A DNA stretch of 64,000 nt from Paraspadella gotoi (taxonomy: Eukaryota > Animalia > Chaetognatha), in the NCBI GenBank assembly GCA_051294375.1, contig CM119270.1, positions 12,399,676 to 12,463,675 of the forward strand, given 5' to 3'. Both the position numbers and the translations under genes were made by a program. The stretch's first letter is position 1, and each line of letters opens with the position of its first letter. Below the pieces are notes generated by a model. It saw only the letters and a list, made by a program, of their open reading frames with translations, did not search any database and was not told where the DNA came from. Below are positions 23,396 to 33,326 of the stretch, in pieces.

Positions 23396-26300
23396 CCAGG
23401 CGCGACCATAGACCGTATCTGCCTGAATAAAGAAATTAGAAATCGGAAAATGAGAGAGTCGCTCTTCACGTAATTGTCATACGGGTTGCGCCTTTTTCCC
23501 GATAATGAACTTGCGGTGGTGGCGGGTGATGGTAGGGACTAGGGAGTCTGAGAATGGCATTAGCAAAGAAAGAGAAAATAATTAATGAAAGGAGAGAGAG
23601 AAAAAAAAGGGACTTTTACAAAATACTCTGTGCGCATAACAAACGAACGTGAATAATCATTACTGTAAAGAAAGAAGGAATATGATTGGAACGACGTAAG
23701 CCGCTCAAAATAGCGAACGATGATAGCAAAACTGACGCCATTACATAAATAAATTCCATGATGGAGAAAAGTTTTGGGTAGGGAGAAGAGACTTCAGGGA
23801 TGATGTTAAAGAAAGAGGTCCCCTTAACAACAACAACTACAACAACAACAACCCAATTATACCCAGGTGAACCTGAACACATCCTCTCCACGCGCTCGTC
23901 AAGACGACGTCCTTGGCGCGGGCGTCGCCGACTTCGCCTTCGACTCGGACGGGAATCGAACCCGAGTCGACAAGGCCTTTGGGGGCGAAGATCTGGACGA
24001 GCGGTTGGACCGACTTGAAGTTGTCGACGAAGTTGAAGAGGTGTAGATCCTTAACATCAATCTCCATCTATTTATAATCACGACGTTCATTAAAATAAAA
24101 TTTAAATCAATTTATTCTCAGCACATTCCGTGTCCCGGAACGAGTTAGTGATTCTAGAGATTCTTAATTCTCGATCTTAACTTTTTAAGGTTCAGATTTT
24201 AACTATTGCGTCTTATTTTGAAGAGGTTATGTTCATTCCACAGGAAGAATTGGATGCCGAAGACCACAACGACGACGACGACGACGAACACGACGACCCT
24301 CAAACCCCCAACGCTCCGTCGACAGACTTGACGGAACCACTCGACCTCAGAGGAGGCGACTCCAAAGTGATGGACGACGGGGTGTTGGAAGAGGCGGAGG
24401 CGAAGGCGGAGATGAGGTTCGAAAGAAAGAAGGAAGAGATGGATCTGCTCTACGACGCCGACGATGACGATTTCAAAGACGACGACGGAACATACCTGGT
24501 GGATCCTCTGCAGATGCTGGAAGAGACTGGACGGAATGAGGCCCATGAGGTTTCGGAAGCTTCGACGTCATCGACGACGACGACGACGACTAAAAAGCCA
24601 AGCTTCGAACAGATCGACATTTTAATGAATCCCATGGAGATGCTTAGGTTGTTGGGGAAGAGAGATCTCTTTGGAAGGAAGAAGAGATCCAACGACGACG
24701 AAAACGACGACGACGACGACGACGAAGAACCGACTTTCAGGGAAGAAAACTTAATCCGCAATCAACTGACGGTGAAGATGGATTACAGGATCCGTCGACG
24801 ATCCACTCGACGACGGAGATCCTCGGACGCCGAGTCGGAAGTCGTCGTCGACGAATCCTCCTTCGCGGAGACGTCGTTGTCGTCGCCGAAGCGTCGCCCT
24901 CTTGCTGCTTCGAAGGCGGGATTCGAGATGCGACTGGCTCGACTCTCCAAGGAGACCGTCGTCGCGGATCCGGCGGCTTCATTGGCAAAGATGTTGAAGT
25001 TGCCCGTCGACGACGACGAGGACTCTCCCGAAGACGACCTTGAGACTCTCCGCGAAGTTCTCTGGTTGGAAGGTCGCGTCGGAGCCTTCAACGTCACCGA
25101 AGCCGTCGAATCCTTCGTCCGCGGCGTCGATCTCAAGACGGAATGTCTCCCGCGATGGCGCCGTTGTCTCAAACTGCTGAGGCTGTTGACGAAAGTCTCT
25201 ACGAATCACTCGAGTCACGAGGCTCACGTCGACGAGCTCGTTGGCTTTCTGGGCTCAGGTGTGCCGCCAGAGGACGAACAGAAGCGCGCCGAGTTGTTGA
25301 CGGTGCTCGCCGAGTTTCGCCCGGCGACGCAGCGAGTTTTCCGGCTGCTGGACGAGGAAATCCGACGTCGGTGGAGAAAGTATAGGAAGGCGCCGCCGGC
25401 GCTGCTCTTCGCCTTCGCAAGAGTAGCGGCGTCGGCGGGGAAATCAGAAAAGCGCCGGACGGCGGCCTTTTTGCTGCGACCACTCTTGACGGGTGACTGC
25501 GCGGTTGACGGACAGAGGCTGGAGTATCTCGAGGCTCTGGCGATCTTGCGGAGTCGCGAGACGCTGGGACATTTGTGGAGGCTTTTCGAAGGATGCGATC
25601 CGAGAGCCACGGGGGATGTTAGGTGAGGGAGAGAAAATGGATGACGATTGTATTCATTGTACTATTGTATTTAAATTTTAACGACTGACGGTTTGCGGTA
25701 ATTGCAACGATGATAATACCAGTTCATTAATTGTTAATTTTCTTTCATTATGAACTAAATAATGTTTTCAATTAATCTACTTAATATCTATCCCCGCAGC
25801 ATGAACGTAGAGGTTCTCCAGTCTCTTCGCCACATGCTGCAGCATCGAGTCGCCCAACAGATCGTCGACGCCGCAATTCGATCGTCGAACTGCGCACTCG
25901 TCGAAGCCGCGCTGGATCTGCTCGGGTAACAGGGATTTTGTTTCAGGATATGTAAGTGAGTTAGATTTTTACAATATTGTAATTGTTATTGCCCATCTAA
26001 AAATGTTCTTCGCTGCAAAAGGGTTTTTCATTGTCCGCTTGTTCGCTTTTCCGAACTTTTAAAGTGATTTCAGTTTGAGTGATCCTAAATTATAATTCCT
26101 CATCTCCCCCCATCCAAAATAGAGAATCGAAATTCTCCAAATCCCCCAAGTGGCTCCGCGTCGACCGGACGATCCTATCGATGACCTTCGCCAACGGCCC
26201 GTCAAACGTCACCTTTGTGGAATCCATGCCTTGCATCTATCCTCACCTGAAGGCCTACTTGGCCATCAAGGGGAAGGTGTCGAAGCAGCACCGATGGGCG

Positions 26301-29300
26301 CTCGAGCGGCTCGTCCGGGAAATGGTCAGTCGGACAAAGATTAGAACAAAGGGAATTGCAATGAAACTACACGAAATATATACATATAGCTATAGGCAAA
26401 GTAACATTAAAATGAGATTCGATTGATCACCCCTGCCCCACATTGATGTTCGTTTCTTTTCACATTTTTTTATGAAACTGGTACAAGCAATATAAAATTA
26501 TCTATTCATTTAATGAAGAAGCTATCTTGCCCCTGACTTTTTCCAGGCTTTGGTGGTTTAAGGCCTCCATCACTCTTACAAGATAATCATAATGAACGTA
26601 GAAGGTTCGAATTTTATTCATTGAAACAAAATTAACAGTTTTATGATATATTTACAATGCAGTCTGATAAATTTTCGTTTTTCTTATCCTTTTTGAAGTA
26701 AAAACTGCGATAATCATTACATAGTCGAAGAAAGTTTTTTTCATCCAAGTAATACTATTGCTTCTACCGAAACCTATTCTTAAATATACTATCAAAAGAT
26801 ATGACTCTCGATCTCTCTTCTCAAGGAACCGCCCTCTACCGGCAAATCCCGGCGGCGTCGCGAGTGGAAGACGCAGACCTGCGACGTTTGGGGAAATCCG
26901 GGCGGAAAGGGAGACTCCACCTTTAGATTCATTCAGTCGGAGGCGGAATTCGAAGCCGACACAAGGAATTACAATAAAAAGGTGAGGAAAAGGCGGTGAG
27001 GCGATGAGGCGTTGAATGATGAAGCGAAAAAAAAAGTCTTGATAATATTTCTGGTCAAAATGGGCAATGGGAAAAGAAAGGTAAGGTGCAAAACGAATGA
27101 GATGGAAAGAGGGAAGTGAGGAGACTTTAAAAAAAAGGTGAGAACCGAAGAAGATGAAACGAATAGAGGTGAGAATTGCGGTGAAGTGGCCATAAAGATT
27201 CGGTGAAAAAAAAAAAGAAGTGAAAAAAAAATTCACGTGAAAAATGAGGTGCAGCACAAAAAAAAATGGAGAAAGAGAGAGCGAAAGAAAAAAAAATGGT
27301 GAAAAAATGTGAGAGGAATGCGATTAAGTTTTTTTTTTTTATTTCGTGATTCGTGAAACTTCAGGGATGCGTTGATATTATCTTGGTCCCCGTGAGAGAT
27401 GTTAGAAAGTTGAAAATATATTTTCTTCTGCAGCGCCATTGTTTGGGACACAAAAGATTCGGTACTAATGACGTCGGAGCCANNNNNNNNNNTTTGGGAC
27501 ACAAAAGATTCGGCACCAATGACGTCGGAGCCAATATTTATGCGGGTGAGCTGACTTATTAGATATTTTTTTAAAAATTTCATTATTAAATTGGTACAAC
27601 CAATATAAAAATTATCCATTCATTTAATAAACAAGCTATCTTGCCCCTGACTTTGGACAGGCTTTGGTGGTTTAAAGCCTCCATCACTCTTACAAGATAA
27701 TGACAAAGCAGGTCCCTGCAAGCTTTCAATCAAGACTCTCTCACAGTCTCGTTTATTCACTCCCAGAGTACCTGGCTTCCCTATCAATGAAGCGGTATAA
27801 TGTTTCAAAGAAAGTTTCAATTGTATGAAAAGATTATCGTATTAGAATTTAGATCCTAAATCATATTTTCAGGTCTTTACGCCGGAGAAAACTCGTTGAC
27901 AGGGGCCTACAAACTCTTTCAGGTGAGTGTTCCTTTTTTTCCTTTTAAAACTTCTTTACTCTCCCAGTCACCTTCACTAATCTTTCCCTATCCACTGACT
28001 CTACCAGCGCTTCGTGGCGACAGCGTCTTTCTTCGGCGCGGAACTCGAGATCGGACGCGTCACCTGGCGTAAGACGGGTTCCGGCGACAACAACAATAAC
28101 AACGCCAATCAGATCCTCCAGAAGTTTGTTGTGGGCGTGGCGGGTTTTAACATCTTCGAAAACGTGGAGGATGCCTGCCGCAGCTTCGTCCCGATCAACT
28201 ACGGGCGCCTTGTCTCCATCACCCTTTACGATATTCCTTTCTACGCGGCTTCGGTCTCCTTCGCCGGTAGATGTCAGAGTTGAAAGGGATGAGATGGGCT
28301 GTAGGATGAACAAAAGGGAAATAGATGGTAAAAAAAATGAGATTAATAGAAAAAGAAATAAAATAGATGAGAAAAGAAATGAGATAGTGTGGCAGCACGA
28401 CTTAAAGCAGAAATAAAATAGATGGGAAAACTTAATGAAATGAAGTGGAAAGAAAAAAACGAAATATATGAAAAAAAAAAGAAATAGATAAAAAAATAAA
28501 AAGGTAGACGAAAATTAGTTTTTACGATTGTTTTAATAGTCATTTGCGTGGTTAATTTCCAGATTGGAGAGATGCAAAGAAAAAAAAAGCAAATTTATAA
28601 TAGAACCGCTATTGTCGTGAATAAACGCAAAAAATCTTCCCTTTGAAGACCAGTTGGCGAGGCGGTGGGCAATTGTAGGTCATCCTCCAGACAGAGATTT
28701 CATGTTGAAGACGTTCAGCCGCCAGTCTGGGTCTAAGGGAGGCTGTGAGTGATTGTAATTCATCCTCCATGCAGAGCTTTCGTAGTGCTTACTGATCTTC
28801 ACAATCTTTATTTACTTGTTATACTTTTCTTTTGCATCTCAACCCATCCCGACTCTCCCCAACCCAAGCCGTCCTCCACCCTCGCCTCCGTCTCCAATTC
28901 GTCTGCTACGATCTCTCCTCCGGCGCCAAGGGTCTCGCCATCATCCCCAAGGCGTCCCTCAGCGTCGGCGGGGGCGCCACCGTCGGCGTCAGCGGCGTCG
29001 TCTCAGCAGGACTCGACGTCACCGTCAACATCAATTATAATTTTAAGGTCATTGAATGAGTTAAGTTTTATAATCTGTATGTGTAAGGGTGCGACTATAT
29101 TAACTTGTGACAATGAGAAGGCAAGTTTACCTGAGTAAATGTCTGACTGCATGGACGGTCGACCTGTCACAGGGTCAATGGGTCACGTGTCACTAATATA
29201 GATAGTGGACAACATCCGTCGTTGTAAGTAACAGGAGCCGTCGACCTTTTACAAGCGTTTCAATTCAATTTCAATTCAATTTCAATTTCAATTTCAATTT

Positions 29301-30446
29301 CAATTCAATTTCAATTCAATTTCAATTCAATTTCAATTCAATTTCAATTCAATTTCAATTCAATTTCAATTCAATTTCAATTCAATTAAAATTCAATTTC
29401 AATTCAATTTCAATTCAATTTCAATTCAATTGTCCTCCAAAAGAAATATGACGTCATCACGACGAACTCTTTCATGATAATTAAAAGAGGAAAATGTGAG
29501 ACGAGGTGACAGGCGCGTCTTGAACTTTTTAAAGGATGAGCTTTTCTAAGTTTTTTTTTTTTATGTTTAATTTTGAAGCAGAAAAGGGGCAAAACGACCT
29601 TTGGGCTTAATTCAACAAAGATTCGATCTGTCGTTTTCAACGTCGTCGTCGGAATCGTTTCCTGTCGTCGTCGTNNNNNNNNNNNNNNNNNNNNNNNNNN
29701 NNNNNNNNNNNNNNNNNNNNNNNNNNNNNNNNNNNNNNNNNNNNNNNNNNNNNNNNNNNNNNNNNNNNNNNNNNNNNNNNNNNNNNNNNNNNNNNNNNNN
29801 NNNNNNNNNNNNNNNNNNNNNNNNNNNNNNNNNNNNNNNNNNNNNNNNNNNNNNNNNNNNNNNNNNNNNNNNNNNNNNNNNNNNNNNNGTACGGTGGCCC
29901 CTGAGCACCCGTTAGGATTGCCAACGACCTGGCTCGTGCCAGAAACTGTGCCGCTTGGGGTCGCCGAGGACCCCACTAGAGACGGAGACATTTCCTCCGC
30001 GGCCTATGGGGAATCCATCCACTCAACCTCCTCTTAAGAGTCGTCCCGTCTGAGCGCCGATTCATTCAGGTCGCGATTATTCGAGTCTTTTCTCTCTTCA
30101 TTAAATCCGATTAAAAACTGACTCATCCCTCCGTCGCTGTCTTCGCCGTATTCCTCGTCGTATTTGACGTTGTCTTCGCCGTATTCGTCGTCGTCTTCGT
30201 CGTTGTCTTCGCCGTATTCGTCGTCGTCTTCGTCGTTGTCTTCGCCGTATTCGTCGTCGTCGTCTTCGTCCTACTTTTCTCGATCCCGGTCGTCGGTCGG
30301 TTGTGTGTTGTTTTCCTGATATTTTTTTATCATGAAGTTAATGAGGATTCTGTCTCGAAACCTTAATTCGGTTGTTATCTAGGATATAGATTGTGTCTTC
30401 TTCCCCCGGCGAAGGAGTGATATTGAGGATGAAGGAGAGAGACGAG

Positions 30447-30478
<32 letters not shown>

Positions 30479-32623
30479 AGAGAGAGAGGAGAGAGGGTGA
30501 GTGTGAGCGTGAGAGAAAAAATGAGATTTCGGCTGAAGCGATCCAGACGAAGGAGGTCAGCGAGTTGAGAGGCAGCGTATAATTAAATGATGCGGAGAGT
30601 GAAAATTGTTACAAAACATCATTAAAACAAAAAGAACGAATAGGGGAAAGCTTGTTCTTCATAAAAACACAATCGAACTCACTTTCAATTCCTTATCATT
30701 ATCAGTTATTGGGTAATTTATTTTCTTACAAACAAAAATTCATTTTCATGTTGCACTTTAAAATTCATATTGCAAAGCAATTTTTTGTTATCATTTTTCT
30801 CACTAATAGAAAGAAAAAGCAAAAAATCTTTTGTCAGGCGCCTTGACTTCTGTTGTCAATCAAAAGTTATTAAAATAAATTTGTTGTTTGACAAAATTTC
30901 ATTACAACAGTTTCTAAAATTTGTTTAGCTTTATCACCATGTTTATATACCTGCGCAAACAGAACACGAACATCAAGACAATTGGTCATCTAACTAATGT
31001 CATCTAAGCAATGGTAATCCTATATATGCAGATGATAGATACCGTTTTTTTCGATATTGATAACCAATAAAAAACAAAATACAGCAACCCTTGGATTTCT
31101 GTTTAATTACCGTTAATATACTTTATTTTAACTTACGAGTCAATAACTTTCGTCAGTCAAACAAATAAAGAGATAGGCCGATCGCCTAACCAAAAATACC
31201 TTCGAGATTTTATCTCATAAACAAACTAAGCAAATTGCAAGAAAAACAATTTTTCTCTCACCACAACAACAATGTTGTACCCTTGACCCATCACTAGAGC
31301 GAGACGGATCTCCGTCCCTGCGTCTCGGCCACCCACGGGTTCGATCCCATGCGCGTCCAGTTCGCCCTCACCTTCAAAGTCCTGCTATGGGACGTGAGAC
31401 TGGAGCCAGACTGGATGGGCTTTCAGATCTTCAGAGGCTCCAACGCCGAGTGGATCGGCCCTTCGTGCAGCGGGGCGAGGAGAGACGGAAGAAGGGCATT
31501 GATGCAGAAGACGGACAACGTCTGCACCAAATTCTTGTGAGAACATCGTTATTGGCTTGTTTCTTTTTTCACTCTTTTATTTTTTCAGTTTTTAAAATTA
31601 TTTTCTCTTCTTCTATTTTCCCTATAATGAGTAATCATTTCCCTATACTATAGGCTGGTACTACTGAAAATTCTACATTTGTTTTTTTTTCGCTCCTTCT
31701 TAATTTCTTTCTTTCTTTTTACTTTTTACTTTTTTTCCTCTCTTCCCCTTTTTTCTTTTTAAACCGCTTCCTCCAATTTCTTTCTCAGAAAAAAAAGCCC
31801 TCTTGAAACTCCGTTCCCTCGGAGCGCTCGTAATCAAGTGGATAAAGCTTTTTACGGATGGTCCTCAAAGCAACTTCAAAATGCTCCCTTGGACAGATCG
31901 GAACTTATTGCCAAGTGAGGGACAAAAATACTTTATTACGTAGTCTTCTATGTTCAAATAAAAAAATCTTACTTTCATATTGAATAAAAGTAATTTGTCT
32001 TTCATCGACCAGGAGCGGGACGGTCGTCCCGGAAATGGCAACGGACGCAGAATGATGCAAAGTTTTGGCGGGAGGGCAATTGTTCGGGCTGTCGGATGGC
32101 CGTGAGAAGCACGACTTTCTGCAAATCGAATTCAGCTGCCTCCGTGGATTGAAGGAAGAAAAAGGGAAGAGTTTGACGTAAGATCGGGGCGATTTGGCTA
32201 TTTCAAATTGCAATGCAAAGTTGTAAATTTTTTTTTTTATCGTATTGACAAAATTATTTAATTAAGTTTAAAATGTTCGCAGTTTGATAGGTAAAAGGNN
32301 NNNNNNNNNNNNNNNNNNNNNNNTGGATAAAGCTTTTTACGGATGGTCTCAAAGCAACTCAAAATGCTCCTTGGACAGATCGGACACTTATTGCCAGTGA
32401 GGACAAAAATACTTTATTCGATTAGTTTCTATGTCAAAAAAAAAATCTTACTTTCATATTGAAAAAATGTATTTGTCTTTCATCGACCAGGAGCGGGACG
32501 TCGTTCCCGAAATGCAACGGACGCAATCGATGCAAAGTTTTGGCGGAGGGCAATTGGTTCGCTGTCGGATGCGTGGGAATGCACGACTTTCTGCAAATCG
32601 AATTCAGCTGCCTCCTGGATTGA
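21349..32623 (+). CDS. Gene 2 (spliced span): secreted large lipid transfer (vitellogenin-N/MTP-like) protein with C-terminal SUEL lectin domain, ~1200 aa
   Basis: About 15-16 exons join with consistent phases. Signal peptide, LLT N-sheet motifs (DYIFESDV; PFRFLQHRNGSVVKVYF...LNFKRTLVGAFQVNL; DDVLG), a helical middle region, a beta-rich region and a SUEL cysteine pattern at the end. Confidence 0.78.
21815..21907 (+). CDS. Gene 2 exon 2
   Basis: CACAG|...ACG|GTTTGT. Encodes ENHLSDYIFESDVRLWEGNATQLVKTSADFT, resembling the first LLT strand (Y-x-Y/F-E-S-x-V). Confidence 0.85.
22173..22493 (+). CDS. Gene 2 exon 3: LLT N-sheet core
   Basis: CCGTCAG|...CAG|GTCGGG. Ends in LPFRFLQHRNGSVVKVYFVAEDDDDQTLNFKRTLVGAFQ, matching the vitellogenin/MTP PF.F...G.V..vyf...N.KR...fQ motif. 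Confidence 0.9.
23296..23393. repeat. (AG)n microsatellite (intronic)
   Basis: AG run. Confidence 0.95.
23867..24040 (+). CDS. Gene 2 exon 4
   Basis: ACCCAG|...GAG|GTGTAG. Encodes VNLNTSSPRARQDDVLGAGVADFAFDSDGNRTRVDKAFGGEDLDERLDRLEVVDEVEE, a degenerate E-x-D-V-x-G-x-C motif. Confidence 0.85.
24244..25622 (+). CDS. Gene 2 exon 5: acidic insertion, polybasic sites, helical domain
   Basis: CCACAG|...AG|GTGAGG, inside the 465-aa ORF 24229-25626. Confidence 0.9.
25800..25925 (+). CDS. Gene 2 exon 6
   Basis: CCCGCAG|...GG|GTAACA, phase 2-2. Encodes SMNVEVLQSLRHMLQHRVAQQIVDAAIRSSNCALVEAALDLL. Confidence 0.85.
26123..26324 (+). CDS. Gene 2 exon 7
   Basis: AAATAG|...ATG|GTCAGT, phase 2-0. Encodes GESKFSKSPKWLRVDRTILSMTF...HRWALERLVREM. 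Confidence 0.82.
26476..26590. repeat. dispersed repeat, truncated copy 2 (intronic)
   Basis: Matches the first half of 8240-8445 and 27588-27790. Confidence 0.75.
26826..26981 (+). CDS. Gene 2 exon 8 (RRRR site)
   Basis: CTCAAG|...AAG|GTGAGG. Encodes EPPSTGKSRRRREWKTQTCDVWGNPGGKGDSTFRFIQSEAEFEADTRNYNKK. Confidence 0.85.
27434..27545 (+). CDS. Gene 2 exon 9 (true length ~61 nt; internally duplicated across a 10-N gap)
   Basis: CTGCAG|RHCLGHKRFGTNDVGANIYA G|GTGAGC. The later copy at ~43923-43986 has a single unit. Confidence 0.82.
27588..27790. repeat. dispersed repeat, copy 3 (intronic)
   Basis: See 8240-8445. Confidence 0.8.
27873..27922 (+). CDS. Gene 2 exon 10
   Basis: TTTTCAG|...CAG|GTGAGT, phase 1-0. 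Encodes GLYAGENSLTGAYKLFQ. Confidence 0.82.
28008..28266 (+). CDS. Gene 2 exon 11
   Basis: TACCAG|...G|GTAGAT. Encodes RFVATASFFGAELEIGRVTW...YAASVSFA, amphipathic beta-strand pattern. Confidence 0.85.
28869..29047 (+). CDS. Gene 2 exon 12
   Basis: CCCAAG|...AAG|GTCATT, phase 1-0. Encodes AVLHPRLRLQFVCYDLSSGAKGLAIIPKASLSVGGGATVGVSGVVSAGLDVTVNINYNFK. Confidence 0.82.
29259..29432. repeat. (CAATT/CAATTT)n simple repeat
   Basis: Tandem TTCAA/TTTCAA units. Confidence 0.95.
30138..30270. repeat. 33-bp tandem repeat (GTCTTCGCCGTATTCGTCGTCGTCTTCGTCGTT), ~4 copies
   Basis: Direct reading. On the minus strand it translates as DEDDDEYGEDN repeats. Confidence 0.85.
31298..31536 (+). CDS. Gene 2 late exon (end of beta region, start of SUEL domain)
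   Basis: CACTAG|...TT|GTGAGA, phase 0-2. Encodes SETDLRPCVSATHGFDPMRVQFALTFKVLLWDVRLEPDWMGFQIFRGSNAEWIGPSCSGARRDGRRALMQKTDNVCTKF. Confidence 0.82.
31789..31914 (+). CDS. Gene 2 penultimate exon, error-containing copy (SUEL N-half)
   Basis: Acceptor TTCTCAG|. Frameshifted here; comparison with 32324-32396 and ~48545-48675 suggests ...L-x-L-R-C-P...IKVDKAFYGWSQSNSKCSLDRSDTYC. Confidence 0.6.
32324..32396 (+). CDS. Gene 2 penultimate exon, clean partial copy after 25-N gap
   Basis: Encodes DKAFYGWSQSNSKCSLDRSDTYC, donor CA|GTGAGG (phase 2). Confidence 0.78.
32491..32623 (+). CDS. Gene 2 terminal exon: SUEL lectin C-half
   Basis: GACCAG| phase 2. Encodes (Q)SGTSFPKCNGRNRCKVLAEGNWFAVGCVGMHDFLQIEFSCLLD-stop, matching C-x-G-x-x-x-C-x-V-x-A...F...C-x-G...L-x-V/I-x-Y/F-x-C. 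This frame is absent from the ORF track. Confidence 0.85.
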
Positions 32624-33260
32624 AGGAAGAAAAAGGGAAGAGTTTTGACGTAGACGGGGCGATTGGCTATTTCGAAATGCATGCAAAGTTGTAAATTTTT
32701 TTTTTTATCGATTGACAAAATTATTTAATTAATTAAAATGTTCGCAGTTTGATGGAAAAGAATAAATTTGATTTGTTTGTGATGTTAAAAAGATGAGAAC
32801 GTTAAATACGAAGTAATTAGTATATAGCAATTCATTGGTGTCTGATACAGAACAACGAAATCGTCATATGGGTAAAGAGACTCGCCTTTTCCATTGTAGT
32901 TAAGCTGTCTTTGCAGCTGCGTCCTTTTGTGATGGGGAGATAACTACAGTAGTATTAAACTTTTTATTGCGAATTTTTTCGAGTTAACGCTCATTCTTTC
33001 TTCCGCTCGATTAGATTAGAATATCGTTTGGAATGCAGCGGCCTTCCCGTCGGTTCCCCGGACAATTTTTTTTTCTTCGTCAAACGATGGAGGGAATAGA
33101 CTACAAGTTTTTTTTTTCAAGAACAACGACAACAAACAATAACAACAACACCGAAAGCAACAATAACAACGACGACGACGACCAAACAAAAGTCTCAAAA
33201 TCTGTGATGTCTGTAAAGTAGGCTTCGAGGGGTATCCAGATTGAAGATTGATGGTGAAAC

Positions 33261-33326
<66 letters not shown>

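Noticed and set aside
27620-27820. 66-aa minus-strand ORF in the dispersed repeat
   Set aside because: The frame is not preserved in the 8240 copy and no transposase or RT motif is recognisable.
32431-32694. ORF-track peptide MSKKKSYF...QERDVVPEMQRTQSMQSFGGGQ
   Set aside because: Wrong frame. The splice phase and the SUEL cysteine pattern identify the overlapping frame ending at TGA 32621-32623.
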